Program-made: the position numbers and the translations under genes
Notes under the pieces: model-generated
The model's database searches: none
What the model was told of the DNA's origin: nothing
The model's input: only the letters and a program-made list of their open reading frames with translations
Shown: positions 9,255 to 19,822 of the stretch, in pieces
How the letters are laid out: every line of letters starts with the position of its first letter
Numbering within the stretch: position 1 is the stretch's first letter
Assembly (NCBI GenBank): GCA_026713545.1
Contig: JAPOOG010000077.1
Location: 37,238-101,237, forward strand
DNA: 64,000 nt
Reading direction: 5' to 3'
DNA from: Bryobacterales bacterium
GTDB taxonomy: Bacteria; Acidobacteriota; Terriglobia; Bryobacterales; UBA6623

Positions 9255-10298
9255 TCAATCGCCGCCCGCCCCGGAAAGCATGCGCGCCGGCGTCGGCTCC
9301 GGCAAATACTTCTTCGCCACTCGGCACAGGAATGTATTGTTCCAGGCCGCCACCCGCAACTCCGCCGCAAGCCCGAGCAACACATGAGCCTCCGGCTCCT
9401 TCACTCCGTAGTCATTCACGAGCCACTGGATCATTTCCGTAATCGCCGCCTGAAACCCCATGTGCGTGCGGCCCGGCAATGTACCGAACGTCACCAGGTG
9501 ATGCGGTTCTTCCAAACGCGTGTAGCCGATGCGCTTGCCCTTGATCACATCCACGGTGAACTCGGCGTCAAGCGAAGTCTCCGTCCCGTTCCCGAGCAGT
9601 TCACCATCGCCGTGCGCCGCATGTCCGTCGCCCAGTAAGAACAACGCGCCCGGCTCGAATACATTCAGGTAAACCGTCGTTCCCTCGATGATCCCGTTGT
9701 AGTCGATATTCCCTCCATGCGGACCTGTCGGACCCGATGTGATCGCGGTCTTGTTCGGCGGAGCAACGCCCACGCACCCCACCGCCGGAATCGCCGGGAA
9801 CTCCATCTTCACCTTATTCCCCAAGGGCCGCGTCGGATACGTGATCTTCTTGTCGAGGTCGATGTACCACTTCACGGCATTGCGCCGCCCCGGTTGCAAC
9901 CACTCCTCGATAAAGTTGTTGTCGTAAATCCCTCGCACGTACCCCGGCAACAACGCGCTCAAACCCACCCGCACGCCGTTCCAGCCCCAGTCGCGATTCA
10001 GCCGCACCTTGTTGAAGTGCACCACAAGCAGGTCGCCCGGCTCCGCGCCGTTCACATAGAACGGTCCCGTCAGTACGTTGTCCTCGTAGATCACCAGTTT
10101 GCCCGTCTTGTCGTGGCCCCGCGAATCCAACATCGTGGTGATCACGGTGTCCCCGGGTTCCACGGTCGCAACCGGCTTGTGAGCAAACGAGAAGGTACGG
10201 TAGAAGCGATCCGGGAACACCTCATGGGTCTCAGCGAACGCCGCCCCTTGCAGTGTCATCCAAAGAATGGGGGTGATGAAATATCTCAGGAATCGCAT
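9255..10298 (-). CDS. acetamidase/formamidase family protein (secreted)
   Basis: Motifs LTGPFYVNGAEPGDLLVVHF, CVGVAPP, GPHGGNIDYNGIIEGTTVYLNVFEPGALFLLGDGHAAHGDGELLGNGTETS. Start set at ATG 10298, preceded by GGAGGAG. The track start 10310 is 4 codons upstream. Confidence 0.85.
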   Translation of the reverse strand: MRFLRYFITPILWMTLQGAAFAETHEVFPDRFYRTFSFAHKPVATVEPGDTVITTMLDSRGHDKTGKLVIYEDNVLTGPFYVNGAEPGDLLVVHFNKVRLNRDWGWNGVRVGLSALLPGYVRGIYDNNFIEEWLQPGRRNAVKWYIDLDKKITYPTRPLGNKVKMEFPAIPAVGCVGVAPPNKTAITSGPTGPHGGNIDYNGIIEGTTVYLNVFEPGALFLLGDGHAAHGDGELLGNGTETSLDAEFTVDVIKGKRIGYTRLEEPHHLVTFGTLPGRTHMGFQAAITEMIQWLVNDYGVKEPEAHVLLGLAAELRVAAWNNTFLCRVAKKYLPEPTPARMLSGAGGD

Positions 10299-10405
10299 GC
10301 TCTCCTCCACCGACGATCAGTTAGAGACGCATGATACCTCACACCCGCCGCCCAGGATTCTGAACAGTCGGGTGATACCATGACACCGGCATCCCGCCTT
10401 CGACG

Positions 10406-12709
10406 ATGAAGTCGCGCTTCCTCTTCTTGACGCTGTTTACCGCGGCGGCATTGGCGACAGGTGTGTCCTGCGAAAGCGCTCTTCCCCGGGACGGATCGGC
10501 CTCGATCGCAACTCGGCTTCCCGGAGCCGAGCCCTTTCCCGAAGCTCTTGTCCGGAAACTCGACCAGGCCTGGAGCCGTCGCGGCCCCGCCTACAAACCC
10601 CGCACCCGGCATCTCGACGAAAACGGTGCGCCCAAGTTCACGAATCGTCTGTTGCTGGAAGGCAGCCCCTATCTCCTGCAGCACGCCCACAACCCTATGA
10701 ACTGGCATCCCTGGGGAGAGGAAGCCTTCGAGACCGCTCGCCGCCTCGGCCGCCCCGTCCTGCTGAGCGTCGGCTATTCGACCTGCCACTGGTGCCACGT
10801 CATGGAGGAAGAGTCTTTCGACGATGTCGAGATCGCCAAATATATCAATGAAAACTACGTCGCGATCAAAGTGGACCGCGAGGAGCGGCCCGACGTCGAT
10901 TCCATCTACATGAGCGCTGTCCAGGCAATGGGACGCCATGGCGGCTGGCCCATGACCGCCTGGCTCACACCCGAGCGCAAACCCTTCTATGCGGGTACGT
11001 ATTTCCCCGCCCGCGACGGCGATCGCGGCGCGTCAAAAGGCTTCCTCACCATCCTTGGCGATCTAAAAAGGATCTACGACGAGCAACCGGAGGATGTCGC
11101 CGCCCGCGCCGAGCAGATCGCCGGCCGTGTCGAAGCCATGCTCCAGCCCGAGACCGGCTCACAACTCCCCAATGCGGAAGTGCTGCACACCGTCGCCCGG
11201 TTTTACCGCCGACAATTCGACAATGTAAACGGCGGCGCCAAGGGCGCGCCCAAGTTCCCAAGCGGTCTGGCCATCCGCTTCCTCCTCCGTTATCACCGCC
11301 ATACCGGCGACCAGCAGGCCCTCGAGATGGTCGAGTCAACGCTCCAACATATGGCCGCCGGCGGCATCTACGATCACATTGGCGGAGGCTTCCACCGCTA
11401 CGCCACCGATGCCGAGTGGCGGATTCCGCACTTCGAGAAGATGCTCTATGACAACGCGCTGCTGGTTGTGAACTACCTGGAGGCTTATCAGGCCACCGGA
11501 CGCCAGGACTTCGCCCGGGTCGCCCGTGAAATCCTTCGCTACGTCGAGCGCGACATGACGTCGCCGAAAGGCGCCTTCTATTCCGCCACCGACGCAGACA
11601 GTCACAATCCCCAAGGCGAGAACGAGGAAGGCTGGTTCTTCACGTGGACCCCCGAGGAAATCGATTCTGTCGTGACCAACGAACAGGCCCTCCTCGTCAA
11701 ACAGCACTACAACGTCACGGGCACAGGCAACTTCGAAGGACGCAACATCCTCCATGCCGTACCGGGCTCGTCAACAATCTCCGCGCAACTCCAAACCGCC
11801 CGGGAAAAACTCTACACGGCGCGTCTCAAGCGGCCTCTCCCGCTCCGCGACGAAAAAATCCTCACTTCCTGGAACGGCTTGATGATCTCCGCTCAGGCCT
11901 TCGCCGCTCTCGTCCTTCGCGAAGAGGTATATGCCCGGAGAGCCGAGCGGGCCGCGGACTTTCTCCTCACGAACCTGCGCCGCGAGGGGCGCCTCCTGCG
12001 CCGTTACAAAGACGGCGAAGCACGTCACACCGCGTACCTCGACGACTACGCCTTCCTGATCGCCGGACTTCTCGATCTCTACGAAGCTACCGGCGGTCTC
12101 CGTTGGTTGCGCGAAGCCATCGCGCTCGACCGCGTTCTGGAAAAGAACTACGAGGATACGGAGAACGGCGGCTTCTTCATGACCAGCAACGATCACGAGC
12201 AACTCCTCGCGCGTGAGAAACCCAACTACGACGGTGCTGAACCTTCCGGCAATTCCGCCGCGGTGCTGAATCTCTTCCGGTTGCACGAATTCACAACCAT
12301 CGACAGCTACCGCCAACGGGCCGAGAAAGCGCTCCGGGCTTTCCAACCCATCCTGGCGTCGCGTCCCGCCGCGCTATCGGAGATGCTGCTAGCCCTCGAC
12401 TTCCACCTCGACACACCCAAACAAGTGGTCATCGTGACACCCGACGATCGCGGGCAGGCGGCTCACCTGCTCGAACAGCTCCGCGATGCCTTTCTCCCCA
12501 ACCGCATCCTCACCGTTGTCAGCGAAGGGGAAGAACTCGCGGAGCACACCGCCGTCATTCCACTGCTTGACCAGAAACGGGCCATCAAGGAACAACCCAC
12601 TGCCTACGTCTGCGAAAACCGAATCTGCGAACTCCCGACCGGTGATCCCGTCACCTTCGCCGAGCAACTCCGCAAAGTGAAGCTCCTGAACGTTCCAACG
12701 GCTCCGTAG
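10406..12709 (+). CDS. thioredoxin-domain protein, DUF255 / YyaL (SSP411-like) family
   Basis: [79 protein letters not shown] is the diagnostic N-terminal block. A long alpha/alpha-toroid-like C-terminal region follows. Confidence 0.9.
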   Translation: MKSRFLFLTLFTAAALATGVSCESALPRDGSASIATRLPGAEPFPEALVRKLDQAWSRRGPAYKPRTRHLDENGAPKFTNRLLLEGSPYLLQHAHNPMNWHPWGEEAFETARRLGRPVLLSVGYSTCHWCHVMEEESFDDVEIAKYINENYVAIKVDREERPDVDSIYMSAVQAMGRHGGWPMTAWLTPERKPFYAGTYFPARDGDRGASKGFLTILGDLKRIYDEQPEDVAARAEQIAGRVEAMLQPETGSQLPNAEVLHTVARFYRRQFDNVNGGAKGAPKFPSGLAIRFLLRYHRHTGDQQALEMVESTLQHMAAGGIYDHIGGGFHRYATDAEWRIPHFEKMLYDNALLVVNYLEAYQATGRQDFARVAREILRYVERDMTSPKGAFYSATDADSHNPQGENEEGWFFTWTPEEIDSVVTNEQALLVKQHYNVTGTGNFEGRNILHAVPGSSTISAQLQTAREKLYTARLKRPLPLRDEKILTSWNGLMISAQAFAALVLREEVYARRAERAADFLLTNLRREGRLLRRYKDGEARHTAYLDDYAFLIAGLLDLYEATGGLRWLREAIALDRVLEKNYEDTENGGFFMTSNDHEQLLAREKPNYDGAEPSGNSAAVLNLFRLHEFTTIDSYRQRAEKALRAFQPILASRPAALSEMLLALDFHLDTPKQVVIVTPDDRGQAAHLLEQLRDAFLPNRILTVVSEGEELAEHTAVIPLLDQKRAIKEQPTAYVCENRICELPTGDPVTFAEQLRKVKLLNVPTAP

Positions 12710-12724
12710 CGGAAACCGCCCGCC

Positions 12725-13687
12725 ATGAAAACTTCTTCATTCCACCCCAGTGACTACAGCCGCGGCCACAAGCATAGCCTCGAGCTCGATGTCGGCCACA
12801 GCGGCATCCAACTCCCGATCCTGCTTGTTCGAGGATCTCATGCAGGAGCCACGCTCGTGGTTACGGCCGGCATCCACGGGGATGAATACGAAGGCGTCCG
12901 CGCCAGCTTCGACGTCGTCGAGACGCTCGATCCCGCCGCCATGCGCGGTGACCTCATTACCGTTCCGGTTGCGAATCCACCCGCCTTCTGGGCCGGAACC
13001 CGCCGCAGCCCCCTTGACAGCGTCAATCTTGCCCGGATTTTCCCCGGTGCTCCCGACCAGGGGCCGTCAGAAGCGATCGCGCACACGCTGGCCCGGCAAG
13101 TGATCGCGCAAGCCGACTTCTACTTGGACCTGCATAGCGCCGGGGTGGCCTTCCTGATGCCCACGATGGTTGGCTACAACGCCAACGACTCACGAGGCCG
13201 CGCCGCCGCCGAGTGCTTCGGAGCACCCGTCACGTGGAGTCATCCGACCATCGCCCCCGGCCGCACCATCTCGTTCGCGCACGAGCGCGGCATCCCGTGG
13301 CTCTACACCGAAGCCCGCGGCGCCGGACGCATCCACCCCGACGACCTCAACGTCTTTCATAGCGGCGTCACGAACCTCATGCGGCATCTGCGGATCCTCC
13401 CCGGAGAGCCAGCCTCGCCAAGCACCATCGAAACACGCTTGCACGGCGACGGCGACATCGAAGCCGGCCTCCTCTGCCAACGGGAAGGCTTCTTCATTCC
13501 CAGCGTCGAGTTGCTTCAAACCGTGACCGAAAGGCAGGAACTGGGACGCACGGTCAATCTCCACGGCGAAACCATTGAAACCTACCGGGCAACCTCGGAC
13601 GGTATCATCGCTCTTGTCCGCCAGTTTCCCGTCGTCAAAACGGGCGACCCCATGTTCGTGATCACCCAACAGCTGCCTGAGACTTGA
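12725..13687 (+). CDS. succinylglutamate desuccinylase/aspartoacylase (M14 AstE/AspA) family protein
   Basis: LVVTAGIHGDEYEGVRA zinc-binding H-x-x-E block, DLHSAG, and about 320 aa length. Confidence 0.8.
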   Translation: MKTSSFHPSDYSRGHKHSLELDVGHSGIQLPILLVRGSHAGATLVVTAGIHGDEYEGVRASFDVVETLDPAAMRGDLITVPVANPPAFWAGTRRSPLDSVNLARIFPGAPDQGPSEAIAHTLARQVIAQADFYLDLHSAGVAFLMPTMVGYNANDSRGRAAAECFGAPVTWSHPTIAPGRTISFAHERGIPWLYTEARGAGRIHPDDLNVFHSGVTNLMRHLRILPGEPASPSTIETRLHGDGDIEAGLLCQREGFFIPSVELLQTVTERQELGRTVNLHGETIETYRATSDGIIALVRQFPVVKTGDPMFVITQQLPET

Positions 13688-13863
13688 TTGTTCCCGGACA
13701 ACTGCCACTTCACCAGGCTCCGTCGCAAGCCCTGCCAAAAAACGCACAGTATATTCGAAATCGATGCGAAGAGAAATGCGCGCAAACGGCAACGCAACAC
13801 TTAACAAATCCACTCGTTGAAAGGTAAGCTGGTTTTGCTGGGTCTTCAAATCGGAGGTTTGTC

Positions 13864-16035
13864 ATGAGGAGAGTTACTCTTAATTTAGCGCACTGCTATG
13901 GAATCAAGCAGCTCAAGACAGTACTTGATTTTTCCAGTACTCAGGCTTACGCAATCTATGCACCCAATGGTGTAATGAAGTCATCACTAGCACAAACATT
14001 TCAGGATGCATTCAAAGGAGAGACTTCAATAGATAGAATTTTTTCTCAACGTGTGACTATGCGTTAAATTACAGACGAAAATGGTAAAATAATTGATGGC
14101 GAGCAGGTAATGGTAGTGTTGCCATACGATTCCGAATATGGCCCGACCGAAAAAACGTCTACATTGTTGGTGGACGCCGGACTTCGGAGAGAATATGAAC
14201 GTCTTCACATCAACATCGATGATGCAAAGGCAGCGTTGTTAAAGGCAATTCGTCAAACAGCAAAGACCAGAAAAAGAGACTTTGAAAATGAGATTACGTC
14301 AGCCTTTACTAGCGGAGATGATTTTGAGGTAGCTGTCACGAGAATCAAAGATGAATTAAAAAAGCAAAAGGACATGCCTTTTGCAAATGTTGAATACGAG
14401 ACCATTTTCAATGAAAAGGTACTTAAAGCTTTTGACAACAAGGACCTCAAGAATGCTGTGGAAGACTATATTCGGAGATACAATGAACTGCTCGCAGTGT
14501 CAACATTTTTCAAAAAAGGCACATTTGACTACTACAATGCTGGGCAAATTGCTAGAAGTCTTACAGCGAACGGTTTTTTTAAGGCGCATCATACGGTCAA
14601 TTTGAGAGCTACTGGCAAAATACTAGAAATCGCTACTGCAAAGGAACTGGAAAATATAATCACAGAAGAAAAAAAGGCAATTCTCAATGATGATGTACTT
14701 CGCATGAGGTTCGATGACGTAGCAAAGCAGCTGCAGCGAAATGCCGAACTCAGAAAGTTCTGCTACTACCTTCAAGACAATGAGCCACTTCTATCTAGAA
14801 TGGACAATCTGCCGAAGTTCAAGGAGGATGTTCTCAAATCGTATTTGAAAGCTCATTATAATCTTTATCTCGAATTGATGGGTGAATACGCACATGCTGC
14901 GAGGCGCAAAAAGCAGATCGAAGAAGAAGCCAGAAAGCAGCAAACTCAATGGGAGCAAGTCATCGCTATTTTCAACGATCGCTTCTTTGTTCCTTTCGAG
15001 CTAGAGACGAAAAACCGCATAGCAGTAATGCTTGGTGATGAGCCAATTGTTGAACTTGGCTTTACCTACATAGATGGCGAGGAACGAGTGGGCATAGACA
15101 AGCCCGAACTTTTAAAGGTTCTAAGCACTGGTGAAAAAAAGGCTCTTTACGTTCTCAATGTCATCTTTGAAGTTGAAAGACGGAGCAAAGACGGTGTAGA
15201 AACACTCGTCATCATAGATGATATCGCAGACTCCTTCGACTATCAAAACAAGTACGCAATCATTCAGTATCTTGACGACATTAGTAAAGATGGTCTCTTT
15301 AAGCTCATAATCATGACTCACAATTTTGATTTCTTTCGCACGATAGAGGGAAGGAAAATTGCTGGTTATCGAAATTGTCTAATTGCTTTGAAGGACAAAG
15401 ATGAAATTACTCTTGTTCAGGCGGCAGGTATTAGAAATATCTTTGTGAACGATTGGAAAGAGAACTTTTTTGCTGACTCACGAAAGAAGATTGCGTCAAT
15501 CCCTTTTCTGCGAAACCTGGTCGAAATGACCACCGGTGAAGGCGACGCGAACTATAAACAACTGACGTCCATTCTCCATTGCATGCCCGATTCTAACAAA
15601 ATCACAGTCCGTCATCTGGACTGCATTTTTAATGTGATATGCAACACTGCCGGATCTTCTGATAATCCCTCAACACCGGTGCATGACTTAATTCAGAGTG
15701 AGGCGATTGCTTGCCTATCTAACCAAACGGCATTCAATCTTGAGAACAAAATTGTTCTTGCTATTGCAATACGTCGTGCTGCTGAGCAGTTCATGATTGA
15801 AAAGATTCGAAATGATGCGTTCGTATCAAAGATAGAATCCAATCAAACACAAGTTCTGATTCGAAAGTTTAAAAACCTATTCCCCAAAGAGGCTGAAACG
15901 ATCAAAGTATTGGATAGAGTCGCGCTCATGACTCCAGAAAACATCCACGTTAACTCTTTCATGTACGAGCCTATTGTGGACATGTCCGACGCGCATCTTA
16001 AAAAGCTTTATCAGGACGTCTTGGGACTGGTGTGA
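13864..16035 (+). pseudogene. AAA_13-type (PrrC/RloC-like) ABC/SMC ATPase on an AT-rich island, interrupted by one in-frame TAA at 14065-14067
   Basis: Track ORFs 13864..14067 and 14110..16035 are in the same frame, with a single TAA between them (...QRVTMR*ITDENGKIIDGEQVMVVLPYD...). N-terminus IYAPNGVMKSSLAQTF occupies the Walker A position. A long charged helical insert follows. ABC signature LSTGEKKALYVLNVIF, Walker B TLVIIDDIADSFD, H-loop LIIMTHNFDFF, then about 250 aa of C-terminal domain. Sampled lines are about 30-43% GC versus above 60% in the flanks. Confidence 0.7.
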
Positions 16036-16812
16036 GCCTTTACATTGCGGAAATTCTTCCAGTATCTGACCCGTACCGGGAAACCCTTCGTCTTCGGCAT
16101 GAGGCAGTCCATCGGAATGATGTAGAGCCTCACTTTTCTGTAAGTCCGTAACGCCTCGTAGCCGTTCGTGCTCGTCTCCACCGAGCAGCCCGGTTTCTGC
16201 AACATCCTCCGCGACGCTTCCCGGTTGACGCTGCGACCACTCAACACCGCCTCGGATTGACAACGTATTGGTGAACCGCTGTTGGTTTTTTCTTCCGACG
16301 CGCACTGTGATCGACCTCGGTCCATCGATAAACGTGTACTCCGTAGGCCTTGCCGGTATGGCAGCTATCACTGCAGCGACTGCAGACATTACTCCGATCG
16401 CTTTCCAAGCCGTCTTCGCGGTGATCACGGCGTCTCTGCCATCGGACCAATAACTCGTGCAGGACGAACTGTAGTCAATGTAAAAACAATCCGTCACGTA
16501 ACCGGGTTCCTCTGATACCGCAAGATAACCGGCAATCACCGCCCCTGAAAGCAATCCATAAGCTACCGCTCCTCTTCGCATGGGGACAGACAAGTCTTCG
16601 TTGATCTCGGGATCCAAGCTGGCGAACGTTGCCACCAATGACCGATGCTTCCGGTCATACACTTCAATGCCGTCATCGGTGACGTGGATCGCGGCTTTCC
16701 GCCATTTTCCGTCAAGCGTCTTGTATCTCACCTTTCCTTTATCGAACCATTCGGCTTGGACTGCGCACGCACTCAACACAACAAGAACGAAGCCTCTGCA
16801 TAGCCTGGTCAT
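15877..16812 (-). CDS. hypothetical secreted/membrane protein; the 3' third of the ORF is doubtful
   Basis: MTRLCRGFVLVVLSACAVQA signal peptide, then two hydrophobic segments (AVAYGLLSGAVIAGYLAV, AIGVMSAVAAVIAAI). The ORF has no stop until 15877. It therefore runs over the receiver remnant in another frame and 160 nt into the antisense of the AT-rich ATPase gene, so the native 3' end has probably been lost. Confidence 0.35.
   Translation of the reverse strand: MTRLCRGFVLVVLSACAVQAEWFDKGKVRYKTLDGKWRKAAIHVTDDGIEVYDRKHRSLVATFASLDPEINEDLSVPMRRGAVAYGLLSGAVIAGYLAVSEEPGYVTDCFYIDYSSSCTSYWSDGRDAVITAKTAWKAIGVMSAVAAVIAAIPARPTEYTFIDGPRSITVRVGRKNQQRFTNTLSIRGGVEWSQRQPGSVAEDVAETGLLGGDEHERLRGVTDLQKSEALHHSDGLPHAEDEGFPGTGQILEEFPQCKGSHQSQDVLIKLFKMRVGHVHNRLVHERVNVDVFWSHERDSIQYFDRFSLFGE
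16040..16256 (-). pseudogene. degenerate response-regulator receiver-domain remnant, truncated at the island edge
   Basis: Track ORF 16011..16325(-) reads ...AVLSGRSVNREASRRMLQKPGCSVETSTNGYEALRTYRKVRLYIIPMDCLMPKTKGFPVRVRYWKNF. This parallels the hybrid-kinase receiver consensus VLVVEDNxVNRxVAxxMLxKxGxxVxxAxNGxEALxxxxxxxYDLILMDCxMPxMDGFExxRxIR. The acidic pocket is lost and the reading frame breaks off at about 16040, where the AT-rich island begins. Confidence 0.4.
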
Positions 16813-17196
16813 TCCCTCCGCCCTCCTTTCTTTGCCGGTCCGGTTACCCATTCGCGGAACACAGGATGCCGGCCCGAGGAGTCCAAGCGCAGGTGACCTT
16901 GCAGTCTCCCGAACCGCTATTGCGTCGTTTCGAAGACGGCATCCGTCCGTACCGAGCCTTCGGGACCGCCAACCGCGCGACTACGGGCAAGCGCCACATG
17001 CCGCTTGGACGGAGCGTGTGTTTAGAGCGTTTCTATGGTTCGTGTGGTTGCGAACAAACCCATCCTGAAGCGGGATTCATGACCCGCAGGCAATGTCTCC
17101 AGCGGAAAACGAGGCTCCGCCTCAGATCGACAAGCAGGACAACGGATCGCCGCGTCAACTTGACTCGTATGTGAACCTTGGCGGCGAAGAAAAAAA

Positions 17197-17982
17197 CTAG
17201 ATCGCTGTCCAGCCCGCATCCACCGGAATGTTGGCGCCGGTGATGTAGCGCGACGCGTCCGACGCCAGGAACACGGCGGGTCCTTTGATATCGTCCTCGT
17301 CGGCCATTCGTCCCAGCAGAGTGCGCGCACTGTACTGCCGGACGAACGTGTCGCTGTGATCGGGTGTTTGCAGACCGCCCGGAGAGAGCGCGTTGACCCT
17401 TACGTTGTAGGTCCCCAGGAAACTCGCCAGGTAGCGGGTCATCTGGATCATCCCGCCCTTCGCGAAGTGATAGTCGATCGGGTTCGACATGGAGGTGCCC
17501 TCGTAGATGGACCAGTCCGGCCCCACCATGCCGTAGATGGAGGCAATGTTCACGATCGATCCGGACCGCCGCTCGCGCATCGGCTCGGACAGGATTTGGC
17601 ATGCCAGCAACAGGCCTGACGAATTGACCCGCATGGCTTGCCGCCAACCCTCGGCGGTGACTTCGAGCAGGCCTCCTCCGGCCCGAGCCACCGAATTGTT
17701 GAAGAGCACGTCAAGCTGTCCATGACGTTCGATCAGCCGGTCCCGCAAGCGCCGAATCGAGTCCTCCGACGCTTGATCATATTGATCTCCTTCAGCACGC
17801 AGCCCTTCTTGTCGAAGCTCCTCGGCGTACGCCCGGCAGGCCTCTTCATTCCGGGAGGCGGTCACGACCGTCGCCCCCGCCTCGGCCAGGGCGCGCACGA
17901 TGTGTTTACCGTAGAGCCCGGCGCCCCCCGTCACCAGAGCCACCTTCCCATCCAGGCGAAACAGCTTCTCCGTCGGAATCAT
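17197..17982 (-). CDS. SDR-family oxidoreductase
   Basis: GKVALVTGGAGLYGKHIVRALAEAGATVV (TGxxxGxG), NNSV, catalytic Y-x-x-x-K region (DYHFAKGG), PGGL. Confidence 0.85.
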   Translation of the reverse strand: MIPTEKLFRLDGKVALVTGGAGLYGKHIVRALAEAGATVVTASRNEEACRAYAEELRQEGLRAEGDQYDQASEDSIRRLRDRLIERHGQLDVLFNNSVARAGGGLLEVTAEGWRQAMRVNSSGLLLACQILSEPMRERRSGSIVNIASIYGMVGPDWSIYEGTSMSNPIDYHFAKGGMIQMTRYLASFLGTYNVRVNALSPGGLQTPDHSDTFVRQYSARTLLGRMADEDDIKGPAVFLASDASRYITGANIPVDAGWTAI

Positions 17983-18920
17983 GCCGCCCCCTCCTGATCC
18001 TCTTCGGCGCCAAGAACCTGACCCCGGATGTCGAGCCCGGCCTTCTCGCTCCAGGCGGCAAGAATGCGCTCGAAAATCGCGCCGCCAACTTCTCCGTCTC
18101 TGACCGGAAGACCGTTGATTCGCGTGACAGGGGCCATGCAGTAGGGCGTCGTGACCAGAAAGATCTCATCGGCGTTGATCGCGTCATGCACTTGCAGGTC
18201 GCGGCTCTCGAATCCGATCCCCAACTCCGCGCAAATCTCGGACACCACTTCCCGGCTCGCCCCTCGCAGCATGTTCGCCGCCGTGGGAGAGTAGACGGCA
18301 CCCTTCTTGACGAGCAGCAGATTCGAGCCGCTGCACTCCGTCAGGTTCCCATCCAGATCGAGCAACAGTGGAACGGCATCCGGATCCACCAACTGTGCTT
18401 CCTTTTCCGCGATCCACCAATGCAAGCGGCTGCGATGCTTGATCTTCTGATCGAGGCACTGCGGTGGAACGTGCCGCGTGCTCGGCGTCACGACATGCGC
18501 TCCCTCGGTAAAGAAGCGCTGAAACGCCGCGAACGGAAGCGGAAAGGAATGAATGCAGAACGTCGGTTCGCCCGGCTTGAAATCGGCCGCGTTGCCGGCG
18601 TAGCCCAGGTTTTCTCCAGGCGTCAGGAAGTAGACGACGCCCAAGTCGGCGCCGGCGGGGAGCAACCCCGCATTGTGCCGAATGAGTTCCCTCGTCCTGG
18701 CCATCGTCTCGCCGGGGCCGATTGGGACCGTGAGGCGCGCATACTTCGCCGACTCGAAAAAGCGCTCGACGTGTTCCTCCAGGCGGAACGGCTCGTGATG
18801 GAACGTCCGCAACTGATCCGTTACCGTAGCCCCGAGGACAATCCCGAAATCGTAGATGTTCACCTTGGCCTGAGACGCCGGCGTAAAACCTCCCCCTAGA
18901 TACACGATCGGTTCCCGCAT
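17979..18920 (-). CDS. class IV aminotransferase (branched-chain / D-amino-acid aminotransferase family)
   Basis: Motifs IYDFGIVLGATVTDQLRTF, ECSGSNLLLVKKGAVYSP, LRGASREVV, ADEIFLVTTPYCMAPVTRING. Start at ATG 18920, preceded by GGGAGGGAAG. 4-nt overlap with the downstream SDR gene. Confidence 0.85.
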   Translation of the reverse strand: MREPIVYLGGGFTPASQAKVNIYDFGIVLGATVTDQLRTFHHEPFRLEEHVERFFESAKYARLTVPIGPGETMARTRELIRHNAGLLPAGADLGVVYFLTPGENLGYAGNAADFKPGEPTFCIHSFPLPFAAFQRFFTEGAHVVTPSTRHVPPQCLDQKIKHRSRLHWWIAEKEAQLVDPDAVPLLLDLDGNLTECSGSNLLLVKKGAVYSPTAANMLRGASREVVSEICAELGIGFESRDLQVHDAINADEIFLVTTPYCMAPVTRINGLPVRDGEVGGAIFERILAAWSEKAGLDIRGQVLGAEEDQEGAA

Positions 18921-19324
18921 CTTCCCTCCCGTCCGTCTTTGCAGCATGGTAAGCCATTCCGTATCGTCTCTACATCTCTACATCAGCAATCCCGACTGTC
19001 CATCCACGGATCTGTGCCTTGTCGGCATGGGCCGGCGCCGTCTCGGTGATGTGCCGCGCCACCCCGCTCGACGCCGCGCGATGTGCCGCGCCGTCAGAAG
19101 GCAGGAACACGCCATGGTGTGCCCCGCAACACCCTGGGGTCATAAGAATCCAATCCCGCGGCTTCAGTCGCCGGCTCAGGTCTCGAAGGCCGTCGTCGGG
19201 ACAATTCTAGCCCCCCGACCGTCCCGGCCGTAGCGGAAGGCCCGCCCGGCATTAGCGTGTTAGGATGCATCCTTCGCCGGCCGTCCGGTGCGCCGCCGAC
19301 AAGCTGGGGTCACGGAGTGCGTCA

Positions 19325-19648
19325 ATGAAACGCTATGGATCGGTGTTGCGAGTTCGGCCCGAAAGAGAACAGGAGTACCGCCGCTACCACGAAGCCGTCT
19401 GGCCCGAGATCCTCGAAATCATCCGCGAGTGCAACATCCGCAACTATTCCATCTACTTGAAGGACGGCTACCTGTTCGCATACTTCGAATACACCGGCGA
19501 CGACTTCGTGGCAGATAGCGCCAAGATGGCCCGTCAACCGAAAATGCGCGAGTGGTGGGACATCATGGAACCGATGCAGCACCCCCTGCCCACCCGCAAA
19601 GAAGGAGAATGGTGGGCCTCCATGGAGGAAGTCTTCCACACCGACTAG
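19325..19648 (+). CDS. rhaM: L-rhamnose mutarotase
   Basis: MKRYGSVLRVRPEREQEYRRYHEAVWPEILEIIRECNIRNYSIYLKDGYLFAYFEYTGDDF...EWWASMEEVFHTD matches the roughly 105-aa RhaM/YiiL fold pattern. Start moved from 19265 to ATG 19325. Confidence 0.85.
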   Translation: MKRYGSVLRVRPEREQEYRRYHEAVWPEILEIIRECNIRNYSIYLKDGYLFAYFEYTGDDFVADSAKMARQPKMREWWDIMEPMQHPLPTRKEGEWWASMEEVFHTD

Positions 19649-19822
19649 CCGGCCCTTTCTGGCACATTTCGACGATCCGGCGCCTAGCAAGTACTCTGGA
19701 ACCCTCGCAACGCGACGCCGGCGCTCGGCCTGATCCCCTGCGGCGCAACCAATTACCGCTGTCGGCGAAATGGGAGAAGTTCTCCGGGGTCAGCCAAGCA
19801 GAATGTGCAGTTAGAGCACATT

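Noticed and set aside
18990-19170. A small minus-strand ORF (MTPGCCGAHHGVFLPSDGAAHRAASSGVARHITETAPAHADKAQIRGWTVGIADVEM) that looks like a cupin fragment.
   Set aside because: It is under 60 aa with no clear start context, and the motif resemblance is too weak to support a call.
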